A stretch of DNA of 61,473 bases, counting the filler, from Basidiobolus meristosporus CBS 931.73 (Eukaryota; Fungi; Basidiobolomycota): the NCBI GenBank assembly GCA_002104905.1. It is 4 parts of 4 records of this genome, joined end to end, with 100 filler letters (N's around TTAATTAATTAA, not from the genome) between each part and the next. Parts side by side here need not be neighbours in the genome. Positions count along the whole stretch, not along the records: positions 1 to 28,632 come from MCFE01000879.1; positions 28,733 to 40,344 come from MCFE01001271.1; 2 more parts are not named here. One strand, given 5' to 3'. This document shows, one piece after another, positions 25,700 through 37,077 of the stretch (positions are counted from its first letter, which is position 1; each line of letters starts with the position of its first letter). The translations under genes were made by a program, and so were the position numbers. Under the pieces are notes generated by a model. That model made no database searches and was not told the DNA's origin. It saw nothing but the letters and a program-made list of their open reading frames with translations.

Positions 25700-28260
25700 A
25701 ACAACAAAGTGACCTTCTGAAGCCATTTCAACCAGGAGTACACTGGAAGCATTGGGAATCATATGTAGACCTTATAAGAATATTTATCCAGAAGCAGATC
25801 ACCAATACCAACTTGACACATCCAGAGCTTTTGAGTAAGGAGTCTGTGATGTGATTTTAGTGGCAATACCTCAAATATAAAGCTGAATGCAGAGATCTCT
25901 GCTGCTACTATATCCATTCTCTATTCTATCTTGCTAGGTGTGTAGAGAATACTGGCCATTGCTTCATCTTTTGAGAGTTTCCTATGGAGCAGATGTGTGG
26001 GGAGATCAGTAGACAAGTCAAGTTGCAGGTACTACCATATCCCAATCTCATCACAAAGATACATGGAATTCATTAAGGAAGACTTAGAAAATACTGAGGA
26101 GATATATGCACATGGCAACACCTATACCATGGCAATAAGAAGCTAAGCAGCCGCAATGCCTGGGTAATCAGTTAAGTAATGCAAAGTTGAGCTAGCAGCA
26201 ACTGGCAACTAATTTACATTAGAAACACTCTACCAAAGTATGCAGGGTTTCTCTTGGTTGCAAGCCAGTTTCTACATCATTGAATATGAAATTTACACAA
26301 ACAAGTGGCAGAGCGCACCTTTAAGGGGGACTAGAATCTGGCAGGGAGAAGGAATATATTGGCTCAATTCCAAAAAGCTCTTTTTGGATATTTGGGAGGA
26401 ATTCATGGCATCAGTGACAGTAACCAGGCATATGTTTGCAAGATGCATATGTTACCAGCAATACAAGGTCTATGGTAACTTTTGAAGTACCATATTGAGC
26501 AGATACATAGGTAAGGTGATAGAAGTGTGCTAGTTGTAACAGGTGTGCATGTTTGTAGAGGTTAATAAGCAGGAGGCCATAGTTTATTTTTTGATTTGAG
26601 CTATTTGTGGCATACCCAAGGTAGTGGTGGGTAGGCAAATAAACAGGGGTGATTATACAATGGAATATATTAATTGCATATGGGGAGATACATAATAGTA
26701 AATTGGTATGGTAGCATTATACAGAGCTAGCTGTAGGCCACCATACTGCTGTAATAATATCATCAGAGGCTTGCAATGAGGCCATCAAGATACTATCAAG
26801 TTTTTTGCCATATATGGCAATGGGATGTACTAGCTGGTTAGATCCACTCAAATAGCTATAAAGTGCAGTAAGACTGCAATAATGCTATGCCACCCTTGGC
26901 CAAATACCACCCAAACACCATAGTGTATTTGAGCATTGGTTGGCAGTAAAATTGGCCAAACACTGTTGTGATCCCATCTTAAGACTACATAGAGTGTCAT
27001 GCATTCTAAGCTACTAGTATAAGTAGTATTCAACAATGACAATGCAAGTACTGGATGCACTGGATATGTATTTGGACAAGTGGCCTTTATAAGCATTTCT
27101 ACCCAGAGTACATTGGAAGCATTGGGAGGCATACATTGACATTGTAGGAATAATTATGCCAATGCAGATCACCAATGACAACTTGATCATCTGCAGCTTT
27201 TATGCAAAGGGCTTGTGACATGATTTGCGTAGCTATACTGCAAGCACAAAGCCAAACATGCAGATCTCTGCAACTACTGCATTCATACTCTAATCCATCT
27301 TGCTTAATGTGCAGTGAATATTGGACCTTATTTCACCTTTTTGGAGTCTCTTATGGATTGGATGTGTGTGCAGATAGGTAGACATGTCAACTGGCGACTA
27401 CTACCAGATCTCAATCTCATTACTAATGTGACCTTCAATTTTTTTATGCGTATGATGAGTTTGCACTTGGAGGACACCCTGGAAGAGTTGGAATACATTG
27501 GGGAGCAATGTGCACATGGAGACACCTATGCCATTGGCATTAAGAAGCTAAGCAGCCCCAATGCATGGTGGAATAGTTAAGTATTGCAAAGTTGGGTTGG
27601 ACATAACAAGCAACTAGTTTTTATTGGGAAAACTTTGCCAAAGTATACTGGGCTTCAATTGGGTATAAGCTGATTCTACACTATTCAATATTGAACTAAT
27701 ACAAACAAGAACCAGAGTGTACCTGGAAGTGGGAGTTAGATCTAGAAGGGAGAAGGGATATATTGGCCAAGTATGAGAAAGCTTTATGAGGATATTACAC
27801 AAGTGTTCATGGCAAAAGTGGTGGCAACCTAGCATACCTTTGCAAGATGAATATGTAACCAGCAATACAAGCTTTATAGCAACTTTGGAAGTACTATGCT
27901 GAACAGATATATAGTTGAGGAGATAAAAGTGTGTCAATTGCAGCAGGTGTGTTCTTATGTTGGGGTTAGTAGGCAGGAGGCCATATTTGATTTGATTTAA
28001 GCTATACATGACATACCCATGGTAGAGTGGGTAAGCAAATAAATTGGGATGATTCTGCAATGGTGTATATGAATGGTGTAAGGGGAAGTTGCTAATGGAA
28101 GTACCATTTGGTAAATTGGTAAAGTAGCATTATACAAAATTGGCTGTAGGCTGCCATACTGCCATTTTAGTAACAATAGATGTCTGCAAGAGGGCCATCA
28201 AGATACTATCAGTTGTTTTCCATATATTTTAATTGGATGTACTAGCTGGCTGGAACTGCA
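25700..28260 (+). mobile_element. Two tandem decayed copies of the CACTA transposase 3' half
   Basis: The block 'tacactggaagcattggga' recurs near 25740 and 27110. Both copies are reverse-complement homologues of 40520-41700 (HWKHWESYVDIV; ENIGP...ELPMEQMCGEI). Confidence 0.75.
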
Positions 28261-28632
28261 CAAACAAGTATAGGCCAACATGGAACCATGTGTTGTGCAT
28301 CAACATTTAACACTTAGCCAACTTCACTCCATTACAAAATCTAGTACTCTAACTGATTTTCCCTAACCCAAACATAACTAATCCCTGTTATGGTTTATTT
28401 TATCACTTCTCAGAAGCTATTTTTTAGCTGTCAAACCTGATCAATTTTTGAGTGGTCATTATGTCCTCAACTGATCTGCTAAGCCTTTCCAAAGGATTAG
28501 TCATCTGATATCTATCCAACCACTTAGTAATTGTCAAGATATTAGCTGATTAATGATGCAATTTCTCATTTATCTCACGCACCTATCAACACCCCAACAG
28601 ATTTCATTTAGTCCAGTCTCTTGGCACTTACT

Positions 28633-28732
28633 NNNNNNNNNNNNNNNNNNNNNNNNNNNNNNNNNNNNNNNNNNNNTTAATTAATTAANNNNNNNNNNNN
28701 NNNNNNNNNNNNNNNNNNNNNNNNNNNNNNNN
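28633..28732. other. Assembly gap with six-frame-stop linker
   Basis: N-run containing TTAATTAATTAA, 100 bp in total. Confidence 0.99.
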
Positions 28733-30105
28733 GCTGACCCGCCGCCATTGCCACCATATTCGCCGCCTTCTCCACCTCCGTTACCACCGTACTCCCCTCC
28801 ACCCCCTCCGCCACCACCGTATCCACCGCCAGAGCCTCCGCCATGACCGCCGTATTCACCACCACCACCGCTACCACCATATCCACCAGAACCACCGCCG
28901 TTTCCACCATATTCGCCACCGCTACCACCGCCGTTTTCCACCATATCCTCCACCGCTGCCACCACCGTTGCCGCCATATTCCCCGCCACCGCCATTTCCA
29001 CCGTATCCTCCCCCGGAGCCGCCTCCATTACCGCCATATCCTCCTCCTCCTCCGCTGCCACCGTATCCACCGCCAGAGCCTCCGCCATTGCCACTGTATC
29101 CACCACCTCCTCCACCGTTGCCTCCATATTCGCCGCCACCGCCACCACCATTACCACCATATCCTCCTCCTCCGCTGCCACCTCCGTTGCCACCGTATCC
29201 ACCGCCGGAACCTCCGCCGTTGCCTCCATATTCGCCGCTGCCGCCGCCACCATGACCACCGTATTCACCACCACTACCTCCTCCGTTGCCTCCATATTCA
29301 CCGCTGCCGCCGCCACCATTACCGCCGTATCCTCCTCCTCCTCCGTTACCACCGTATCCACCGCCGGAACCTCCACCGTTGCCTCCATATTCGCCGCCAC
29401 CGCCACCGCCACCACCATTACCACCATATCCTCCTCCTCCGCTGCCACCGTATCCACCGCCGGAACCTCCACCGTTGCCTCCATATTCACCGCTGCCGCC
29501 GCCACCATTACCGCCGTATCCTCCTCCTCCTCCGTTACCACCGTATCCACCGCCGGAACCTCCGCCGTTGCCTCCATATTCGCCGCCACCGCCACCGCCA
29601 CCACCATTACCACCATATCCTCCTCCTCCGCTGCCACCTCCGTTGCCTCCGTATCCACCGCCGGAACCTCCACCGTTGCCTCCATATTCACCGCTGCCGC
29701 CGCCACCATTACCGCCGTATCCTCCTCCTCCTCCTCCATTACCACCGTATCCACCGCCGGAACCTCCGCCGTTGCCTCCATATTCACCGCCACCGCCACC
29801 ACCATTACCACCATATCCTCCTCCTCCGCTGCCACCTCCGTTGCCTCCGTATTCGCCGCTACCACCGCCACCATTACCGCCGTATCCTCCTCCTCCTCCG
29901 CTACCACCATATCCACTGCCAGAACCTCCGCCGTTGCCTCCATATTCGCCGTCACCACCACCATTACCGCCGTATCCTCCACCGCCGCCTCCGCCGTTAC
30001 CTCCATATTCACCACCACCGCTACCACCGCCATTACCGCCGTATTCTCCTCCTCCTCCGCTACCACCATATCCGCCGCGGGAACCTCCGCCGTTGCCTCC
30101 GTATT

Positions 30106-30136
<31 letters not shown>

Positions 30137-30415
30137 ATTACCGCCATATCCTCCACCTCCGCCTCCACCGTTACCTCCATATTCACCGCCACCACCACCA
30201 CCAGAACCTCCGCCATGACCGCCATATTCACCGCCGCCGCCGCCACCACTGCCGCCATATTTTCCACCAGAACCACCTCCATGACCTCCATACGACACAC
30301 CGCCACCACCATTACCGGCGTAATCTTTTGTGTCATATCCACGCTCCAAGACTGCGGCATTAACCAGCGCCACGGCAGAGGCAACAAACAGGATTTTAGC
30401 CGACGAGAACTTCAT
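28733..30415 (-). CDS. Secreted glycine-rich repeat protein (GGYGGNGGG / GGEYGGNGGG repeats), 3' end lost in the gap
   Basis: Signal peptide MKFSSAKILFVASAVALVNA, and a TATA (GTATAAATA) at 30469-30477. The repeats continue in another frame after one extra T in the run at 28934-28937 and run into the gap. Confidence 0.85.
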
Positions 30416-30800
30416 TCTTGTAGTACGAACTGAGAAACTTTAATAAGCAACACAAATTCTTGAGCGGGTATTTATACACAGGAGACATCTAATGAGGCAG
30501 GTTTGATGTTGATCTTGGGAGATAATCCAGGGGAGTAACGATTGTTCTGAGCCGGAAACAAAACTGACATGGTTGGTCACCGATCGTGCATGACCAATCT
30601 AATCCTGAGACTTGCATGGTTTATTGAGTGTTGATTGAGGTCTTATGTGCTTACTACACATTCAAGTGCAAAGGACAGATCGACACTCCTGGACAATGAA
30701 CATCCGCATGACATGCATGCGAATAAGGAACGAATCAAGCGAATGGGATTCAGCGATGATTGATGACCAACATCACCCCTTACTCAACAAACAATCAACA

Positions 30801-32976
30801 CTACAGCAACGAAGTGTCGAATACTCGATACCTCTTTACCAAACTACCATCCTCGGCGGTGACCGTGTACGACTTGATGCAGCAATCAAACCAAAGTCCG
30901 TTGTAGGGCGTCAAGCGAGGGCCATCCCATAATTTACGAAACCTCTGGTGAAGGGCGTTAAGGGTTTCCTGATCTGCATGCAAACTGGATTTGATCAGCA
31001 GAGAATCGATTGTTGTGACTGCAGGAGCTTACTTGGTGGGGGGCAGGCCGTCGAAGAAATTCCTCTTAATGAGTTCAGGGTTGAGTTCGAAAAGGACTGG
31101 TGATGGAGATAGGATAGCAATCACATACCGCATCTTTTCCGTACAGATACACCGGCAAAGTGGATCGAGCGCGATCCTCCACTAGTAGGGCAAACATGTA
31201 GATGAACGAATATTTGCTCATTGTAAACGAGCACTCGGGGCATTGTGTGAGCTGGATGCGCGTAGGGGCGAGGCTGGTGAACATGTTAGATGCAGTGGTA
31301 AGCAAGGGAATCGCCAAAGCAAAACCTTTTGTTGCAATTGGTGCAATACGGTCTTGCGAAGTCCTCCATCTTTTCTGGCATGTAGTCCGTGAGACGTACT
31401 CGGATCCGGAACTTCGCATTAGCCTAGCAAACATCAGACAGATGAGATAAGCCGCACCCGACGCGCTGGTATAGATGGCGAACATGCCTGAGGGTGATTG
31501 AGCACATCGTCTATCGAGACTGGGATCTGCGTTATGTGCTTGATGGCTGAGGGTAGTGCGGTGAGCAGCTGCACACTGGGGATGCTAAATACCAGACGTA
31601 CCGGTGATCTGTGGGTTGTCGTGGCTCATCCCTTCGGCAAGATTTCGAGAAAATTCAGCATTGGCGTCTTCCAGAAACTCCTTCTTCTGTCTTGAGGCAG
31701 TTAAGTAACGACGCGGTGAGTCAAAAGAGACGCTCGATAACAATACCGGTTTAGGTCTGCGACCTGGGGATGCGACTTGTCCAGGATGACGACGTTCGGC
31801 TCGCTGTTCAGATACCCACGTTTGTCTCCGTGCAGCTTGAATTCCATATAGCCCATTGGGGATATCTTGGCATTGAGGTTTCGCATGAAGACATAGCTTC
31901 CAATTGGCAGCTGTTCTCCCACCTCCGCGTGCTCGTCCCAGAGTAGGCATTGCACCACTCGAGGGCCATAGACCGCGTACGGATCCTGGGGGTTTCTTGG
32001 GGTTACGCTAACGTTTGTGGGTGAGCGAATACGTTCCGGGATTAGAGGATTCAATGATTCTTACGGTAAACTGTGGTTAGTGGTGTAGTCAGTCAACTGG
32101 AGCTCAACGCACGACGGAAGATTCCCCGAAGTCACTTTCACAACCTTTGAAGTGGGAAATGGGCGTGAGCGTTCGCGTCTAGACCAGTTTTCGAGAAAGG
32201 CATCCTACCTCACCCACAAAATCAAAGAAGGTGTAAGCTTTGACTTGGGAAAGTTTCAATGTCGACCGCTGAGATTTTGGCGGTACATATTCCTTCAAAA
32301 CTGGCACAGAGATGGGTGCGTCTTTCGCCAGCCACCACTCCTTCATCCATTTGGCGATGCGAAAGTCACACTCGTGTGAAACAAAGTTACTCGATTTCGT
32401 ACACGCGTCGGAGTCGCGACTTCCGTCAATCACCATCCAACTGGAGGATTTGGTGGAAATTGCTTGGGTTTTGTTGCCGAAGGGCTGAATCTACTAGGTC
32501 GTTAGGGAATGCGGTCTACTCTATGGAATGCTTTCGCGTAGAGTAGCATGAGGAGGTCGCATACCTTGACTTCTTTGCAGAACAATATATCCCCAGTCTT
32601 GGCCACTTTCGGGAGAAGCCCCACAGAGGATTTGAAGTAATTGATGACAACGGCCGACCCACCAGCGGCATCGGACTTTGGGTCGGTGATCACAGTGGAG
32701 CCTACATAGTCTACAGAAATTTTCAGCTTGGGACTGACACCAGCATGAGGTAGGTGGTTCAAGGCTAACCGGTTCCTCGGCTCTTCTTGGGCGCTTTGAA
32801 GCTAGTAACCACCCCCACCACATTCGCATAGTTCGACCGGGGCCGCAGGTCCAATATTGATACATAGCCTAATTCCCCTCTCTACAAACGATTCTTTATT
32901 AATTCCCAACTCGAGCTCTCTCGAAAGCAAAAAACCTAACCTCATACTCCTGTTGAGTCTCTGAGCAACTCATCAT
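30801..32976 (-). CDS. POT1: Protection of telomeres 1 (OB-fold telomere ssDNA-binding protein), 12 exons, 507 aa
   Basis: Exons: 32976-32941, 32881-32770, 32710-32565, 32490-32209, 32144-32065, 32007-31747, 31690-31602, 31546-31488, 31423-31326, 31273-31129, 31064-31033, 30984-30801. They sum to 1524 nt and every phase is consistent. Motifs are NVVGVVTSFKAPKKSRGTDY (OB1), LTDYTTN and LWDEHA (OB2), and KFRIRVRLTDY, CTNC..CPEC, FDCCIKSY...YRVFDT (C-terminal OB3). Introns are 48-74 bp. Confidence 0.88.
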
Positions 32977-33194
32977 AGGGCGTGTGACCACCGGACTGAT
33001 CAAGACGATTTATAAGCAGATGTTTTGGTGAGGAAAACGGGCAGATCATTGGACGATGCTTGAGGGATAAATATTTATTATTGGGAAAGCAGCACAAAAA
33101 GTACGGGCTATTTTATGATTACATTGGATGCTGACTGGGGGGATTTTTCTTGTTTACAATTCATTCAGTTGGAGGCCGCGTTCTGGACAGTAAC

Positions 33195-35417
33195 TTAATC
33201 CGATGTTCTGGACGCAACGCTTGGGCGAAACTCGACCGCACACGAAGCCCCGTCGCAGAATCTTTCCATCTCCGGGTCCTCGTTGTCCCCCTTGTGGAAG
33301 TCCACCTTCGAGATCCCGCTAGCCATCTCGAAGTACTCATCCTCAGTGATGGCCTCGTAGGGCATCTGGGGATAGACGCCAGCTGGGATGCGTGGAAGGA
33401 AAGAAATCCCCTTGAGTTGGTATTGGAAGTAATCCAGGGCGTGCTTCATCTGGTCCCCTTCGGTTTCCGGATCAAATGTCACCGTGCAACTGACCTGATT
33501 GTCCGACCAATAGCGTTGAAGGAATGAGGTGAGGCTGAGCTGCTCCCACATCGACACCTCTTTCAACCCACGCAAGCCCTCGCCATGATCAATGGGGATC
33601 TCTACCACGTAAGTGCTGCTCTCCCACACGTCGTCTTCTATCTTGTAGCCGGCCTTGCGCAGAGGCTCGATCAGCTCCGAGCTTTTCGCGATACGTACTC
33701 GTCTGATGCAGTACCGGGACTCGGGGAAATGAAGCCCGGGGGTAGCGCCGGCGAGCAGTGAGACCGTTCCGGATGGCTTGACAGTGGTGGTTTTGATGGA
33801 GTGGGGGATGCAGAACAGTCTCGATAGCTTATCGTCCACCGCCTGGACCTGAGCATATCCCTCTTCGCACCACTTCTTGAACTCATGGATGCCATGCTTG
33901 CTGATGAACTGTGCAATGCCACTCAAGCCGGTTCCGATGCGTCTGTTGCGTAGCATCACGCGGTTGGTCTCTGCCCAGTGGGTTTTGCCGAGGGTGACGG
34001 TCTTGGCGTACATGAAGGCCAGCTCGATGGTTTCAAGAAACTCCTCCATGGTCTCGTGGTTGTTGGGGAAGATCTCGACCAAGCAACAAAGCTCGAACGA
34101 TTCCAAGGTCTGTTCCAGGCATGGGTTTCCTCCCAGCGCCAGACGGTCCTTCATGTTCTTGGGATCCTCCATGCGTCCGTAGTTCTGGGCATTTTCGAGC
34201 CAGGCAAACCCAGGCTCCCCGTTCTTGGCCGCGCGGGCGCAAACGCCGGAGTAGTCCATGCCCAACTCCGCAAACACCGAGTTATTACTGGTCCAGCCGT
34301 ACTCGATCCGATGCGGGTTGACCTCGTAGTTCTTGAGGTCGATGTACTCCTCGTCGTTGGGATCCCCAAATGCGATTTCTGCTGTTCTACGGATCTGGAC
34401 AAAAGGGGTTAGTTGACACTACCAACACATGGTTGCACAAAGGTGTTCTATTCTTACGTTGCCAGCGACCACGCACTTGCCAATCAGATTCATGATGTCG
34501 ACGATGCTGGTGACGGAGATGGGCGCCCCCACATTCTTCTCCAGGATGTTGCGCACTTGAAGATGGAGGTCCTTGAGTGCGGCCGAGCCTGAGGAGACCC
34601 CGCCAAATCCCTTGATAGGGAGGCCAGCCGGCCGGATCTTCTCGTAGTCGAATTCCTGGACTGGCATGCTTGGATCGAAGTACGACTCGATCAAGAGCTC
34701 CAAGGATTTGACCCAGCCCTCACGAGAATCTTCGATGACATAGGTCTCGGTGCGGCTCTTGTCTGGTCCCGTTATATTGATATGTTTCTCCTTTGCAGTG
34801 GCTGCCCCTCTGGTGTCAAAGCCGACGCCCACTCCAAGCATGGAGGCGTCCATCAGGAAGGTGAAGGGGCGACTGCGTTGATGCCCCTCTTCAAACATGC
34901 ATGTGGTGCTAACGAACGCGCAGTTGTTCAGGGCGGTGTAAATCCCGCGCTCCTCTGTCAATGGGGATCCCATCGCCCAGAGGCCTCTGCCGGGTGGAAG
35001 GAACTTCATGTGGAAGATACGGTCAAACATTTTCTGTGCGGTGACCTGAGCTGACTGAGGATTCCAGCCTAATTCGTTCAGCTCCATGTGGCGCTTTTGC
35101 ATGTTAAATGTGCCATTCACCACTCGCTCCACGGTCTCAAACCTAAATTCAGTGGTGTTAGAGGATTCCAGTGGCTTACAACACTCCCTATCCGAGGCCT
35201 ACCATTGCTCACGTTCGCCGTTCTCCTTTAGCCGAGAGTAAGTTCTCTGGTACACGATGTTGCCCAAGCCGTTGAACCCAAACGGCGCTCTTTGGTGTCT
35301 ATATTTTTCAACAAACTCGGAGTCCAGCTGGAATTGGTTGCTGCCCTTTTTGCTGCTGCTGCTGCTGCTGGCAGTGGCTGGTGAGCTGGTAGACTGAGCA
35401 TTCTTTACGGCACCCAT
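33195..35417 (-). CDS. nrdJ: Class II adenosylcobalamin-dependent ribonucleotide reductase, monomeric RTPR type, 3 exons, 699 aa
   Basis: Exons 35417-35203, 35142-34458 and 34394-33195 total 2100 nt, with GT-AG introns of 60 and 63 bp. Motifs are EQWFETVERVVNG, LNNCAF, VVAGNIRRTAEI, GGNPCLEQ...LCCLVE, TTVKPSGTVSLLAG and a C-terminal CDGASC, matching the catalytic Cys set of Lactobacillus RTPR (C119/C408/C419/C731/C736). Confidence 0.95.
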
Positions 35418-35494
35418 ATTTTCAAATTCTTTACAAATGGAGATGGCTTTTTGTTACAGCAAACGAATATTGGTGGTCCACTCGTCCACACCAA

Positions 35495-35503
35495 TATTTA
35501 TAC
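35495..35503 (-). promoter_or_regulatory. TATA box of the class II RNR gene
   Basis: GTATAAATA about 80 bp upstream of the ATG. The same 9-mer precedes the three Gly-rich genes. Confidence 0.6.
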
Positions 35504-37077
35504 CAGTTGTCTGTGGGCTGGACCCTGCCATTCCACCCTCATCACCAGGATGAACCCAGGGTGATCGCCAGCTGGATCCCCGGATCCGTTGCCGCAGCCG
35601 AGCCCAGTTTCATTTATTCAGCCGCCATTTTTGGGAACCAGCTAGGATCTGATCCGGCGCGTTGACCTTCGTGTGATGGACGTGTTTTTACTCGATTTGG
35701 CTCCGACGGATAGACTTCACCAACCGCAGCCCGTGGATTCACCAACCTTCCTAGATCTCCTCCACCGCACCAAAGTGAGCATGGTCGAGCTGGTGGTGGT
35801 GTGATGCTGGGTTGGGTTAGGTATCAACGGTTCCCATAGTTGGGGAGATGGATCGATCACAATTCGCCCGGGAAACCAAAACAATGCGGGTTCTAGCTCG
35901 GATTCCTCGGACTAGAGCCTGTTCCGACCGCTGTCAGATATCCTAGCGAACTGGACCGTCACGCCTTCATCTAGAGCCCCTCTGTTGACCGGGTGGTCTT
36001 TGTTTTGATGTGGATGCCATGCCAAGTACCTTCCCATTCTCTCGTTCGAGGTGACTTGGATTTCCTCCAGGTCACGTGATATACATTGGCGGTCCCATTC
36101 ATTGGCCGAGAGGAAGGTTTTACATAAACAAAGCAATCTTCACGAATCCACCAGCGAGATTACTTGGCTTCGCTGCCACCCTCGCCTTCTGTCTAGGCCG
36201 AAAAAAAAATATCCTTCCAACTGGAACCTGGGGCTCAGTCCACTGTAAACAAGGTGGATTCCCTGGGTGGCAAGGTTCGCATTCATTGGGTCGAGCCGTG
36301 AATTATGCCATCCGCTTCAAGAGGTTCAGACACCTTGGAGTGGATACCTTAGCAATCCCATTTTGAGGCCATGTCCTGTATCACCCTCATGCGGGGAGTT
36401 GTGGCTCGGTGCCTACTTGAGAAATTTTAGCTTCAAGCTTAATCCAGCCAGTTACGAGTTCTACGGTGGGGTGTAGGGCCATGCAAGTGCACTGTATATC
36501 AAGTACTGTTGGCGGTGTGCAATTGTGTGATAGGGATGGTTGAGGTTAGGATACACAGGTTACTGTGATACTGTTGGGGATGATCCTGTCCGATGTTCTA
36601 AAGTGTACTCACAACTACCGGCTCACTGGGTTGAGCTTTTGGCTAATGAGTATTTGGCACGGGCTTTAACACACTGTTGCATATTTGGTTGGTTTGTAGG
36701 CTGCCGTATCTCAGGCAGCATCCAATCTTATAACCCTGCGAGTTCAGATTTGGCGGCATTTGCTTATTTTATTGAGATAGCCCAAATATCCTGCGGGATC
36801 GCAAGCAAAAGGGCGTAGACAGTCATTTTGGTGACTGCTATGTGGTCAAAGAGGTGACGAGTACATGGTGCAACATCATCAGGTAGCCACCAAAGAAAAG
36901 GAAAAAGGTTGTTGTGTAGTGAGCTACAACAGAAATGCCAACATTCACATCAGTTTGGTATACCAAGGTATGTGCAGCTCTGTACAAGTAAGCAAGAAGC
37001 CATGACTGATTCATCCAAGAAAATACTGCTGGAAAGGGCAATGCAGCCCATCCAGAGTATAAAAAAAATGTTAGAGG

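Noticed and set aside
28677-28688. TTAATTAATTAA palindrome inside each N-run (also at 40389 and 50081), and ORFs containing X
   Set aside because: It is an artificial six-frame-stop scaffold linker, identical in all three 100-bp gaps.
28843-30433. Long alternative-frame and antisense ORFs (extensin-like PPYSP, His/Arg-rich, Thr/Ala-rich, Val/Ala-rich)
   Set aside because: They are by-products of the GGN-rich tandem repeat, which lacks stops in most frames. Only the Gly frame has a signal peptide and TATA.
33195-35417. Bacterial or phage contamination as the origin of nrdJ
   Set aside because: The gene has two GT-AG introns of host-typical size and is contiguous, with no gap, with the intron-rich POT1 gene.
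35855-35880. E2F-like site (TTCGCCCGGGAAA) upstream of RNR
   Set aside because: It is a single imperfect match in GC-rich DNA about 450 bp upstream, not distinguishable from chance.
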